Shown here one piece after another: positions 38,321-51,691 of a stretch of 64,000 nt of DNA. The stretch is from assembly GCA_965153285.1 (NCBI GenBank), contig OZ229117.1; one strand, written 5' to 3'. Below the pieces are notes generated by a model. It was not told where the DNA came from and did no database searches. It was given only the letters and a program-made list of their open reading frames with translations. The stretch is from Podarcis tiliguerta (taxonomy: Eukaryota). The position numbers and the translations under genes were made by a program. Every line of letters starts with the position of its first letter. The first letter of the stretch is position 1.

Positions 38321-38680
38321 GGAGGGACGCGGGTGGTGCTGTGGGTTAAAGCCTCAGTGCCTAGGGCTTGCCGATCGAAAGGTCGGCGGTTCGAATCCCC
38401 GCAGCGGGGTGCGCTCCCGCTGTTCGGTCCCAGCGCCTGCCAACCTAGCAGTTCGAAAGCACCTCCAGGTGCAAGTAGATAAATAGGGACCGCTTACTAG
38501 CGGGAAGGTAAACGGCGTTTCCGTGTGCAGCTCTGGCTCGCCAGAGCAGCGATGTCACGCTGGCCACGTGACCCGGAAGTGTCTTCGGACAGCGCTGGCC
38601 CTTGGCCTCCTTGAGTGAGATGGGAGCACAACCCTAGAGTCTGTCAAGACTGGCCCGTATGGGCAGGGGTACCTACCTTT
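38321..38680 (+). mobile_element. Sauria SINE (distinct subfamily) with 13-bp TSD, nested in an older CR1-type 3' fragment
   Basis: TSD tatgtttgtgaat at 38308-38320 and 38681-38693; GGTTCGAATCC B-box. Confidence 0.93.
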
Positions 38681-40904
38681 TATGTTTGTGAATACTACTT
38701 GCTAGGGATTGCAGGTGGGGAGAGGTCTGTGGCTTTCAGTTCCTGCTCGTGGGCTTTTCAGAAGCATCTAGTTACCTAATGTGGGAACAGAATGCTGGGC
38801 TAAATAGGCCTTTTGTCTAAGATGGCTGGGCTCCAGCCCTCATCAGCTGTAGCCAGCATGACCAAAACCAAGAAGGGTGGGAGTTATAGTCCAACAGCCC
38901 CTGGAAGCTCACAGGTTCTTCACCTCAGCTATAATATGAAAGGTGCTCAAGCAGACTTTCCTTCTCCCTCCCGCCTTTCCTCTTCCAGTTGATGCTCAAC
39001 ATTAAGAACATGGGAAGAGACGGGTGGATGAGGCCAAGTTCCCATCAATTCCAGCATCCTGTTATTACAGGTGCCACCCAGGTGGCTGTGGGAAACCTGC
39101 AGACAGAACCTGAGCACAAGAGCACCTGGCATTCTGAAGCATTAGTGCCTCCAACTATGGAGGCAGAGAACAGCCATCGTGGATAGTAGCCATTGATAGG
39201 CCTTCTCGTCCACAAATTTGTCCATTTCTCCTCTAAAGCCATCCAAGTTGATTACCATCATTCCCTCCTGTAACTCAGTGACTACTGAGCATGCTCAGTT
39301 CTCATGTTGTTTTGCCCCATTAGGCATTTTTATTGTCGTCATATTTCTGCAAATCTTGAAGTTCTCCCAAACACATCCCTTCTTCTTCTTCCCCAGTGAT
39401 CCCCTTCTAATTTAAATCCTCTTGGCACTCACCACCTGAGTTTGCTGTTGTGGGAGTGATTATGACTGTTGGCAAAGAATTATCAAGTAGCATGAGCCGA
39501 AACCAGATTTGCAGAGAGAATGGCAGCTCCCCAAATTGCTGCACGCCCTCCAACATTTATCTGATGAAAATAAGGACAGCCCATTCCATAATGATAATTT
39601 TACTATTTATACCATTCCATAATGATAATTTTACTATTTATACCCCACACATCTTATTGGGTTGCCCCAGCACTCTGGGAAGCTTCCAACATATACAAAA
39701 GCATAATAAAACAATACACATTTTAAAAAATTCTCTATACAGGATTGCGTTCAAATGGCTTGGGGATTGAATAACTCCATACCCTCCAACATTTCTCCAA
39801 TGAAAATAGGGACATTCTGGGATCAAATTAGAAACCGAAACAGTTTCTCTAAATTAGGGCCATCCCTGGAAAATAGGGACACTTGGAGGGTCTGCTGCTG
39901 TCAGCTTATAGAGATCAAATTATTCTCTCTTCACATCTCTCCCTAGAATGGCAGCTTTGCCCTTTCTGATAGCTTGACTCATGGAAATCAAAAAGGAAAC
40001 CACCAGCAATGTTTTTGAAGAAATAATGCTGTGCTTTTTCCTCAATAAAGAATGACAGATTTGATTTACGGTAAGCTGGCGGCTGCCTGCTGAACATTTA
40101 GAACACACCCTTTTTTATCTGCCTACCTGGCATGCATATCTTGGAGCTTGCCCAGACATAACACAAATTATTGTTTGTAGTGTTAATGACACGCTTGTGG
40201 TCCTTTTAAATAATCTTCCACTTTGGTCTCAGTGTTCCGTGGAGGAATCTATTAGCTTGGGTGTTGCAGAAGTGGATGGGGTTGCCTTGAGGTACACCTT
40301 GTGCAACCCATGTCAAGGTAACCCAGCTTAGGTGGCACCATTAAAAATTATTTTGAGTGCAGGAGTCAGTAAACAACTGTAGCTTCTCAGGATGTCATTC
40401 TCAGTCAGGATGGGTTGATGAAAACCTATTGCGAGTTTTATAGAAACCAGCATGACCTGACCACACTGTTGGCAGGAGGACCTGGGTCAGCCCAACCTAG
40501 GGTGAACAAGGTTTTTATATGTTATAATGCCATTGGTGCTTTCCAGTGGGTGTGGCAGAATTCCAAGCATTCTAACCAATGACAAAGCTGCTTTTAATTG
40601 TACAAGCTTTCCATTAAATTGTCATTTGCCAGTTTCTGTGTTTCCACACATTCCAGTGTGGCAATCAATTGGAGGGCTAGTGATTTCGGGCTTTTGACTA
40701 TTTCTGCTCAAAATACGTAGACCAAAAGATCCTCACAGAGGCTGCTGCTTCTGCCTCTTGCTTGGATTGGTTTATGGGTGATCTCACCTGATCAGAAACC
40801 ATTTATTACGTACTGCTCAAATGACACAGCTGCATTCACTGACTGAGTGGAGGGCAACTGGTTTAGTGTTTGCTGGCCTCGCTCTGCATACTCATACGTA
40901 TAGA

Positions 40905-42325
40905 GAGTTGTTAATTGAATCAGAAAACCAATTAAAACTGAAATAATTTAATGAAGTTAGAGAGAATGTAACAAATTGGTTGCAATATTTTCAGTTAAAT
41001 GAAGTATTTAAGAAGGATAAAAAGATAGGATTACCATATGAAATTTCAACTTTTCAGAGAGAAATAATAGAAAATGATACGAAATTAATATCAAAAATGT
41101 ACAATCTGTTGTTAGAATGGGAAACGAAAGATGACGAGGTTAAATCAGTTATGATTAAATGGGCACAAGATGTGGGACACAATATCCAGATGGAGGAATG
41201 GGGAAAACTATGGAAAAAAATGAGATAAAATTTGCAGCATGTGTGGCGATTAAAGAAAACTATATGAAAATGATGTATAGATGGTATCTAAAGGTAAAGG
41301 TAAAGGGACCCCTGAACATTAGGTCCAGTCGTGACCGACTCTGGGGTTGAGGCACTCATCTCGCTTTATTGGCTGAGGGAGCTGGTGTACAGCTTCCGGG
41401 TCATGTGCCCAGCATGACTAAGCCACTTCTGGCGAACCAGAGCAGCGCATGGAAATGCCGTGTACCTTCCTTCCAGAGTGGTACCTATTTATCTACTTGC
41501 ACTTTGACATGCTTTCGAACTGCTAGGTTGGCAGGAGCAGGGACCGAGCAACGGTCGGGGGGGATTCGAACCCCCGACCTTCTGATCAGCACGTCCTAGG
41601 CTCTGTGGTTTAACCCACAGCGCCACCCACGTCCCTAGATGGTATCTAACGCCAGTTAAATTAGCAAAAGCATAAAAAATAAAATAAATAGCAAAAATGT
41701 ACAAAACCAAGGAAAGCAAGTGTTGGAAATGTAAAACAATAGAAGGGACATTTTTCCATGTGTGGTGGGATTGCAAAATCATAAAGAAATATTGGGAAAT
41801 GATTTATAATGAATTGAAGAAGATGTTTAAAATAACCTTTGTTAAAGAACCAGAAGCTTACCTACAGGAGTGGACTTACCAAAATCTCAAAAGAACTTAT
41901 TTATGTATGTATGCAACTACAGCTGCAAGGACATTATTAGCACAATATTGGAAAGAAGAAGGTGTCCCAACTAAAGAAGATTGGCAAGTTAAATTAATGG
42001 AACATGCTGAAATGGCAAAATTGACAATGAAGCTAAGAGGAAGAGACGACAACAAATTTAAGGAAGAATGGAAGATGTTTATTGCATATATACAGAAGCA
42101 TTGTGCACAGGTTAATACATTAGCAGGGTTTTAGAATTACTTGTAATTTTGTATGAATGGATATTAAGTAATTTAAATGGTTCTCAAATTTTACAATGGA
42201 CATGTGGTACGTTGATTAACAATGAAACCAAGGAAGGGACTAGGGGGAAGTCAATTTTTTTTTGGTATTGTTTCTTAATTTTATTTTTGTTATATTTGGA
42301 AAATTAGTAAAATGTTTTTAAAAAG
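40905..42325 (+). mobile_element. L1-clade LINE 3' fragment, interrupted by a Sauria SINE
   Basis: A-rich ORF2 C-terminus with a CCHC zinc knuckle (CWKC-x7-HVWWDC), also YRWYLTP and AARTLLAQYWK; A-rich 3' end. Confidence 0.85.
41292..41635 (-). mobile_element. Sauria SINE with 14-bp TSD, inside the L1 fragment
   Basis: TSD tagatggtatctaa at 41278-41291 and 41636-41649; removing the SINE restores L1 YRWYLTPVKL. Confidence 0.95.
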
Positions 42326-42540
42326 GAGTTTCAGTTCAGCCTAACTCAAGAGAAAAAGGTATCAAAAATAGTAGATAGGAGGTGCAATGTACAGAATAGA
42401 GAGGGTTTCTGCCTTAAATCTAAACATTCCCCTCTTTTATCCATCCAATGTGTTTATAACACATGAAATGCAAGATTCCCAACATTCACAAGGCAGCTAA
42501 ATAGCCTGACACACAAATGACTAAGTCAGGCAGTATCTGC

Positions 42541-42899
42541 CTACAAGTTCTTGTTTGCTTTCTCTGCTGCTCTGAGAGCGCTGGGCATGTCTGAGGTGCT
42601 GAACATTTTCCTTATGCAAAAGTCATAAAACCAGAGAGGAGAATAGCAGAAGATGAGAAGGTATTTGTAAGCATTCTTGCCTGGAGTGTATAAACCACAT
42701 GGGCGCTCTGCCAATAATGCGTGTAAAACATCACAAAGCACAGGAGAGAGATCTGACACAGAAAGAAATTGCATGGCATTGAGAGCCATCTTCAGCCTGA
42801 GGATGTATTCTTCACCATAATCTTGCTTCACATCAGGCATGAGATTCTCAAGAAGGGTCCGTTCTTCCTTATTCCAGATCTCCGGAGTTCCCTGGATAC
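42541..42899 (-). CDS. HSD17B2: HSD17B2 exon 5 (terminal coding exon)
   Basis: cttccag| acceptor; 359 nt to TAG; contains QDYGEEYI, DLSPVL and YTPGK. The five exons sum to 1176 nt (391 aa plus stop) with consistent phases. Confidence 0.93.
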
Positions 42900-43996
42900 C
42901 TGGAAGACAGAACAAAACACTGCTGAACATCTAGGCTTCATAATAGGACATCAGGTGTTCTGATGAAAATAAAATAACTAGAAAAAGAGGAATATGGGGT
43001 TCCTAAAGGAACTACCCCAGGTGACAGATTGGAACATATGCATGCTAGATTAGGGATGTAATCCGAATCCTGGTACCAGTTGGTTCCATGGACTCAGTGC
43101 CCATACCATTTTGCTTCAGTTCTCATTTTGCTATTTTTAATCATTCCCAAGCTGGTCCTTTAGCCTTTTGAAAATAATATTATTGCTTACATTTTTTTAT
43201 GATGACAACTCAATGAGCTGGCAGTTGCCCACTGAAGTATATATCTTGCCTCAGGGTTACTGTCTGTTCAAGTGACAATGAGGAGGTGATGGACACACAC
43301 ATAAAAAAATGGAGTTACCGCCCTTTTGTCATTTCTGAATGCATATTACATTTTCGCATGTATTAATAAGCATAAACTGGATGGTAGGAAAAATGACCAT
43401 TTATTATAATGTCATAATGATCAATGTTCTTATAAAAAATATCTGCATACATCTCACATTTTGATGCACACAAAATACAAATAAAGCTCATTTTTTGGTT
43501 ACAGTAATAAATTCCACATTAAGATGTAGGACAATGACAGCCCTTTTTGTGTGTGTTTGGCAAAGTCATGGTGGACAGAAAGGTGAGAGAAATGTTAACG
43601 ATAAAACAATGGATGTTAATGGTGGTTAATGGCTAAGCTAATTGCCTCAACAGTAAATCAATGAGGCCCAAACTGAAGCAAATACACATTTCAGCAGTGC
43701 CCAGTTAGCAGACAGTGAAGATAATGAGAGTAGCTGACTAAATCATATAGGAACAAATGTCCTATTCTAAAAATTCTTAAGAAACACAAACACCAGTATT
43801 GGTGAAATCTGCAGAAAGTCACTGCGATTAAGGTTCTTCGTGGAAAGCCCTTTTAAATGTGTTGTGGGTGGGGAAAGAGTATTGGTTTTCTTTTGTCCTT
43901 ATTTTTATTATGTATAAATGAGTATATCTATATAATGATTTATATATATTGTACTTGTATGTTGTGAACCACCCCATCTGTGGATAAAGGGCAGTA

Positions 43997-44037
<41 letters not shown>

Positions 44038-44702
44038 TGCAAAGAGAGAAGACAAGTGTGCTATGGGCCAGTTTGATGCTCTGTCTGCCTAGAGTGAATT
44101 CCACCACTTTCCCTATTCTAGTTCTAATCTCTGAGCGAAACAGATACTGTCCAATCTCCCCCTTGAGTTTAGGAAAGTCAGCTGATACAGGGCAAGGCTT
44201 ATTTGTGATATGGACAGATATTCAGCCATTCACAAGAGCCACCAAGGAACAAATGAACCAACTGAAAAAGGCCACAATGACACACAAATCCATGGGGACT
44301 GTGCTTCAGAAATGAATGAACATCTTTTCAATCCATATTATTCTGTGTGTGTGTGTGTGTGTGTGTGTCTCTGTGTGTGTGTGGTCTCAGGAGCTCCCTG
44401 GATAGTTGAAGACTAGTTCACTTATTTATAAATGCTATTATAAAAATTTTGTCTGGGAAAGTGATGGCATGCTTGGACTTGATGTGTGCTGGTTTAATTA
44501 TCCTCTGAGTCATGCACACAGGTTCCAATTTGCCACCTCAAGACAAATGCTTCAAAAACATAATGTGGAATGAAAAGATCTATTTCAGGCAGGACGCAAC
44601 CATGATAGATTATCCGGCTAACCACATTTCCTTTTGCACATTTTAGTTCACAGGCTATTCAAAGACATCATACCTTGGCAATAAACCTTCTCAAACAAAT
44701 TA

Positions 44703-45193
44703 CTGTATTTTTCACTCTATAAGATGCACTTTTTCCCTCCTAAAAAGTAAAGGGAAATGTGTGTGCATCTTATGGAGCGAATGCAGACTGCACGGCTATC
44801 CCAGAAGCCAGAACAGCTAGAGGGAGCGCTCCCTCTAGCTGTTCTAGCTTCTGGCTTAGCCGCGTGAAGCCTCCGCAGGGCACGGGGCCCTTCATGTATG
44901 CATCCCAGGCTCTGGTCAGCTCTCCTTTTAAAGAGCTGCATGAAGCGTGTGTGCGGCTCTTGGGGGCTTTTCCATGAGGGAGAAAGGCAGCCCATCAGTG
45001 ACAGGCTGCCCTTCTCCCTCCTTGGGGAAAAGCCTGCAAGCACCGCACACACGCTCCTCACGGTTCGTGAATGGGACAGCTGACCAGAGCGTGGGATGCA
45101 TACAGGCTCTGCTCAGCGCTCCCTTTAAAGAATTTTTTTTCCTTGCATTCCCCCTCTAAAAACTAGGTGTGTCTTATGGAGCGAAAAATACGG
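44703..45193. mobile_element. Tigger/pogo-like non-autonomous DNA transposon with internal hairpins (HSD17B2 intron 4); related ends at ~2440-2612 and ~18308
   Basis: TA-ctgtatttttcactctataaga ... tcttatggagcgaaaaatacgg-TA. Confidence 0.85.
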
Positions 45194-45544
45194 TAGCTGC
45201 CTGGTTAGAATCTAATAAGCCCAAGTTGTTTTGGGGTGTCTTCCCTTGACCTCTAGGAAACTGGCATTTATACAAGAAGACAACCCTTTGAGGCCAGCCA
45301 CCTCTGTGGAAGGGGAAATAAAAGTCTGCCCCTTTTGAGGATGATTGATGAACTCTTAGAAGTGTTGCCCTATGCAACCTATCACTAAGATTCCACCTGG
45401 GACCCTAAATAGCGAAGTACAGGCTTTGCACATTCCTGTGGGAGACACTGGTGTTTCTGTGCCATTCATGGTTTTGGCTGACTCCAAGGAGGTCCCCCCC
45501 GCCCATCGTGAGCTAGTTAACCAGGTGAAGTACCAGCAACTTAC

Positions 45545-45682
45545 ATGTCTTGAAGCCTGATGGATGAAGCACAGATACTTTAATGCCCCATTTGGAGAGC
45601 TCTTGCCTCATGACTCCAGAAAACATGGATAGGGCTGCCTTGGATGCACCGTAGGCAGCAAAGCCTGGCATGGGGATACCTC
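45545..45682 (-). CDS. HSD17B2: HSD17B2 exon 4 (YGASK catalytic motif)
   Basis: cccatag| acceptor and |gtaagt donor; 138 nt. Encodes AAYGASKAALSMFSGVMRQELSKWGIKVSVLHPSGFKT. Confidence 0.95.
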
Positions 45683-48421
45683 CTATGGGAGCAATAAAAA
45701 CAGTCTCCTGAGACTGAAGGATTATCGCATAGCTCAACGTTAGCTATAGCCTGCATGGAAATTCATATTCATTTTTGTGTACATTGCTCCTAATGTACAC
45801 ATTTCTGTACCCAATTTTGCCCAACATATGCATTATTTACAAGCAATTTCACACCAAAATAATATGTTGCTACACATTTTTAAATACACATCCTTTGGTT
45901 GGAGAGCTGCAGGGCAAAATTTAGGGGTTGTAAAGGCTAGATAGTCTTCACTTTGTCTCTTGGTTTGGGAGGTGTGAAAAGAGGATGGTGAACTTGATAA
46001 GCCTTTGGTCGGCTCCAGCAGTTATTTTTTTGGAATGGAGAATGTCTCCAAATTTTAATTCAGAAAGCTGTACCTTTGATTGTTGAAGCTCTGAATGTAC
46101 TTGTTTGAATGCACACCAGCAGGAAGGCAATAACTCTTCTCTAATTATCTTATTGAAAATTTTCCAAAGAAGCAAGATAGATGGAACGATAAGCGTTTCT
46201 GCTTTATTAGCAGCCTATCTCGGTTTTTGTTCTCAGGAGATACGTGCTAAATCCAAGTTATCCCCCTTTAACTTGCTTAGCTACAGTAATTCCAATACTG
46301 AGGTCAGATTGACTTCGTAAAACCTCATTGCTATGTACTCCGGTGAGCAGGGACTGCGTATAATGGAACAAAAGGGCAGTGACAAGAATGCACAGAAGGG
46401 TAAAGTAAAGCCCTGTTTCTCCTGCAACAGTGACTGTTGTTGCAATTGACACAGATGGAATTGGTGTTGCACAATGGCTATGACCCAATCTATGGTATGG
46501 GGAGATGCATGGTCACTGCCAATCCAATCCACGTGTCCCCAGCAATACGTAGTTGACATGAAACCATTGCATTAAGATTTTCCCTAGGGATGGGTTTGCT
46601 CTGTTCCCTTCAATTTATTGTTCTAGTGTTCACTCTGTTCTGCATCACACTCCACCCAAATTCTGGTTTAACTGGGAGAAAGTCTTAACACTAATTCCTA
46701 GACCAGAACAGGCAATCTGTCACACATCTGCAGATGCTCATATTAATGAAAATAAGATTAAGATGCATTATGTTATGGGAAATCACAAAAATGTGTACAT
46801 TTTGCAAAATTGCATACAAACGTATGTGTATTATGAGAAATTTGCCCTAACATATTGATGAATTTTCATGGGGGCTTTTTAAAATGATGTGATCTGTTAT
46901 GGAAATGTGGAGAACTGATTTTAAGGCTGGAAAAATCAGAAGCTGAAAGAGACCTACAGTGGCATATTCATTCATGTCTAATGAAAACTTACACTAATAA
47001 AACACTGCAAAAAGGCCAATCTCAGCGTGACTCAATCAACATTCTTTTTTCTTTGTGTTTTAAGGTTATAGCCCTTGTGCACTGATAGATCACCAATCTT
47101 GATAAGGGCTTTTTTTTTTTTTTCAGCCGGCACTCACCAGAACTCTGTTCCAGCTCCTCTCAGGTGGGCGCCATTGCCATTATAAGAGAGCAAGGGAGGT
47201 GTGCATGGTAAGTTCTGGCACCAATTTTTCTAGAAATATAACACTGATCTGGATGCATCTGTACAAACAGTTTGCTTGTTGCTGCAGCAATAACAATTAA
47301 TACACATAACTTTTGTATTCAATTTTGCCTGATATTCACATTTTTTGCAAGCCGTTTCTCCAGATATAAACACATTTTTGTATGTTATTTCCACTAAATT
47401 ATGCATTCCCCCCGATTTTCTCTAATATGCACTTGATGGCAAAATTTGGAGAAGCACAATTTTCAAGGATAGCTGTATTTCTGTTGATGTATACTTCTGG
47501 AAATACATCTTCTGGAAAAATGAGGCAGGTTCCCATTATAATGCAATCCCAACTACATTTTTCATGATCTCTACAAGTACACACATACAACAGGAAGTTA
47601 GTCAGTGAGTTTGTGGATATTTTGGTTACATATTTATCAGCTTGTTGTTCCAAATGCTCTGCAGTTGGCTGTTTTCTCATTTTGCAAAACCGAAAGTGAT
47701 GCTGACACTTTTGACAAACCGGATTTTTTCACCTGCTGAAATTGATGAATACATACGCCATTCGGCTCAGCAATTGGACTCCTGCCATTGCTGGAGATGG
47801 AGCCTAAAGCAACAGACAGGAGGCGAAGGAACATTTTTAACAAGTTTCCAATTGCCTCGCTTTACCCTGTCTTCATCAATCCCGACCGTCAGGAAGGAAA
47901 CCTTGTAGTCTGAAGAGATTCCAACACAAATTTCCTTGGCTCGCGGACAACAGTGCCTCGAGCAAGTCATGTTTCCATTATTTCAAATGTTTAACAGGCC
48001 CCCAAAGAGAAGTGAGATTTCTAAAAGATGCATAATGCGCTGTTCCCTATTCTGTAGGAACACATCTCATAATGTTATCTTCTTATGGCTCTGAAACAGG
48101 GTCCACTTTTAAGTAATATGTTTGGAAAAATAGCTACATTGTCTTTATTGGAACTGTCAAAAAATTAAAGCTAAGGACAATTAATGTCTTTAACAGTATG
48201 TATCAGGGGTACGGAAGCTCTGACCTGTGCAAAGGTAGATCTAGGGGAGCATGAATGGTGCAATTGTACTGGGTGCAGAGCTTATGGGGCACCGGAGGGG
48301 ATGCGGGAACTATGACATCCAACAGAAGGCGAGAGGCTTACATATAAAAATAGGAACTGCCGAAAACATAGAAAAAACTATCATTTTTTAAAAAAAATGT
48401 TGTTAGACTTAAAACTATATA

Positions 48422-48663
48422 CAGTGGTACCTCAGGTTAAGTACTTAATTCGTTCCGGAGGTCCGTACTTAACCTGAAACTGTTCTTAACCTGAAGCACC
48501 ACTTTAGCTAATGGGGCCTCCTGCTGCCACCGCACTGCCGGAGCATGATTTCTGTTCTCATCCTGAAGCAAAGTTCTTAACCTGAAGCACTATTTTTGGG
48601 TTAGCGAAGTCTGTAACCTGAAGCGTATGTAACCTGAAGCATATGTAACCTGAGGTACCACTG
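48422..48663. mobile_element. Tc1/mariner-type MITE in HSD17B2 intron 3
   Basis: Perfect 18-bp TIR cagtggtacctcaggtta with TA TSD. Confidence 0.92.
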
Positions 48664-49326
48664 TACATATACAAACTCTATTAAAACTACACAAATAATT
48701 CCAATAAAAATAGCCTGGCACCAGCCCTTTCATGAACAAAAAAAAAATTAGCTGGAACAAGAAGAGAACCAGTCGAGCTTCTCTCAGGAGGGAGTGCCAA
48801 AATCTGCGAGCAGTAAAACAATCACACTATTAATATTAATCATCATCATCACACTAGTCATATGAAAGAAGATGTAAGTTAGATGAATTGGCCTTTGCTG
48901 CTACCTTTGTGTGGTAGAACATTATGTTGCCTGATCACAGCTATGCTAAAACCTCAGATTTCTCAGTTGTTTTTCTATGGGGAGCGGGGAAGCCATCTTT
49001 CTCCTCTTGGTGGGGGGAAAGGAAGTTGAGCCCTGTGTTTGAGTCTAACCGTGAAGGCTGTGGTCTCCATCCCAGCAACCACCACTTCCAGACTAGACAG
49101 TTATGTGGAAGCCTGCCCTAGTATGCTCTGTCCTAACTCCCATCCATTCAATCTTGACTTGCACATTGTTGTTACTGTTTTTGCTGGAGTTTTCAACTGG
49201 GAATCCTCCTACACTGGGCATCTGCGACAGGAATAAAGACAGCAGGATGGTGAGCAGAGAACAGCCAGCCTAGAATAGCAAGCCTGTAAATATATGAATG
49301 GCATGAACATATTTTGTTTGACTCAC

Positions 49327-49512
49327 CTGCCATGCTTGAAATGTTAATAAGCCTTCCTTTGGACTTGCGGAGCAATGGCAAGAATGCTTTTGACAGTTCA
49401 ACGGGACCGAAGAAATTGACATCCATGCACTGCTTGTAAGATTCCATAGGGAGCAGTTCGCCATCTCCCGGGAGACCCAGGACCCCAGCATTGTTGATGA
49501 CACCCCAGAGAT
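49327..49512 (-). CDS. HSD17B2: HSD17B2 exon 3 (NNAG motif, catalytic Ser)
   Basis: ttgccag| acceptor and |gtgagt donor; 186 nt. Encodes DLWGVINNAGVLG...GRLINISSMAG. Confidence 0.95.
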
Positions 49513-50606
49513 CTGGCAAGGAAGAAGGAAACAAGGCTATACAAATCTGACAATTTCAGCTGCTCTCACTTTCTCATTTTTTCCATTCTCCGGTTCAGCA
49601 CCTTTGTTCGAGATTTTTCTAAAAAAAGAAAGTCACCATGAGAATTCATCAGGATTTTAATTCAAATTTCTCATAATATACAATTTTTTGCACACATTCC
49701 TGCCTAATATCTACATTTTTTTGCAACACAATTTCCAGTAACGCAATGTATTTTTTTGCAAGGAGGTTTAACTAATACATGACTTTTATGCCTATTGTAC
49801 CCTACTGTATGCATTATTATATACATTAGTTGGCTTACACGGCTGTAGACCTACATTGAAAAACGGAAAAATGCAAATTTCAAAAGATGGCTGTGGTACC
49901 ATTTGCATGTTGGTTTGGAAAGTGCCAAGCAACTAATGTCTATAAAATACATTAGTGGAAAGTCTCCACAAAACACAAAAATTAATGAGAATATCATACA
50001 AGAATCCAGGGATATTTTTTTCAGCTGGAGCTCAGCTCTGGCAACTCTTAGGTGGGTGCCATTGCCATTCTAAGAGAACAAGGGAACAGTTCATGGTGAG
50101 CTCTGGCACCTCTTTTTTCTAGAAAATCAGCACTGAATACAGGGATATGGCTTTGCAAAAATGTGTATATCAGGCAGAATTGCATATCAGGATGTGTATA
50201 TAGTGAACAATTTGCACTAAAATGCTTGCAAATTTCCATGAAGACTTAAAAAAACCCCTCAGAGAAACCAAAATGGACTGATCAATCCATCCCTCACGCT
50301 GAATTGTCTCCAAATATGCAGCAGATATATGTGCTAATTAACAGCAGCCTTTGACCCAAAGATGTTGAAATGTCAATATCTGAGAACATCTTGACATATA
50401 GCAATCCATTTGATAGTTGATTTGACAACATCTGACTGCAGATGGGAGGAAGCAACAGGCAGCTGGTATCATTATTTAATTTCTATGCTGTTCAATGCTA
50501 AAATAGGTTTTTGCATGGTTTATGCTGAAATAGACTTCTGTGTGGTTTACAACGTATAACAACCCCTTGCACAGACTTTAAAATACAAGCATCCATTATT
50601 AAAGTA

Positions 50607-50821
50607 CAGTGGTACCTTGGGTTAAGAGCTTAATTCATTCTGGAGGTCCGTTCTTAACCTGAAACTGTTCTTAACCTGAGATACCGCTTTAGCTAATGGG
50701 GCCTCCCGCTGCCGCCGCACGATTTCTGTTCTCATCCTGAAGCAAAGTTCTTAACCCAAGGTACTATTTCTGGGTTAGCGGAGTCTGTAACCTGAAGCGT
50801 CTGTAACCCGAGGTACCACTG
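50607..50821. mobile_element. Tc1/mariner-type MITE (same family) in HSD17B2 intron 2
   Basis: TIR cagtggtacct, TA TSD; internal sequence matches the 48422 copy. Confidence 0.9.
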
Positions 50822-51691
50822 TATTACTAATTACTGTGTTGCTTTTATAGGATTCTTTTATTGTTAATTTTAATTGAGGGCACTTTTATGTTTTAGTGGG
50901 ACTGTTTCATGGTGCAGTCTAATAATGGATGCTTGTATTTTAAAGTCTGTGCAAGGGGCTTTTATGTATTTTATATAATACGCAATGCATTTGTGTGTGT
51001 AATTTTCATGAATCTATGTATTTTTATGGACACTTTAGCCCAGCACGTGCTTTTTTTGTGTGCATTGCATGGCTGCAGAAATACAGTATACTGCAAAGTG
51101 CAGAAGAAAGGTAAATTTCAAAGGCTGGCTGTGCTTTGGTTACATATTGTGAATTATGTTGGCTCAGCTTTCAGATAATAATAAGAGCCTGCTGGACCAA
51201 GTCAATGGCCTACATAGCCCAGCATCCGCTTCTCACAGTGGCCAACCAGATGCTTCTGGGAAAGGAGAAAGCAGGATCTGACCACAAGAGCAGCCCTCTC
51301 CCCTCCTGCCGTTTCCAGCAATTGGTATTCAGAACCATTGCAGAAAATAGTCATCACTGATAGCCATCAAGAGCGCTCTTCTCCATGAATTTGTTGAATT
51401 CTCTTTTAAAGCCATCTAGGTTGGTGACCCTCACTGCCTCCTGTGCTGAAAAAGTACTTTCTTTTATCTGCCATCAATCTTCCAACATTCAGCTTCATTG
51501 TATGTTCATGTATTCCAATTGCAAACAGCATCTAATTTCTGCACCAAGTGGCATGTCAGATTTCGATACTGAAATAGGAGTGTTGGAATCCTGAGGCCTA
51601 GATCAACCAAGACAACATTTGAAACTTTGCAAAACGTCATTTCAGATCACAAGCAGCACCCACGAGGATTGTGTACACTCCCTTCACATAC

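Noticed and set aside
48430-48660. Repeated taacctgaag units resembling a CRISPR-like array
   Set aside because: They are irregularly spaced internal subrepeats of a Tc1/mariner MITE in eukaryotic DNA.
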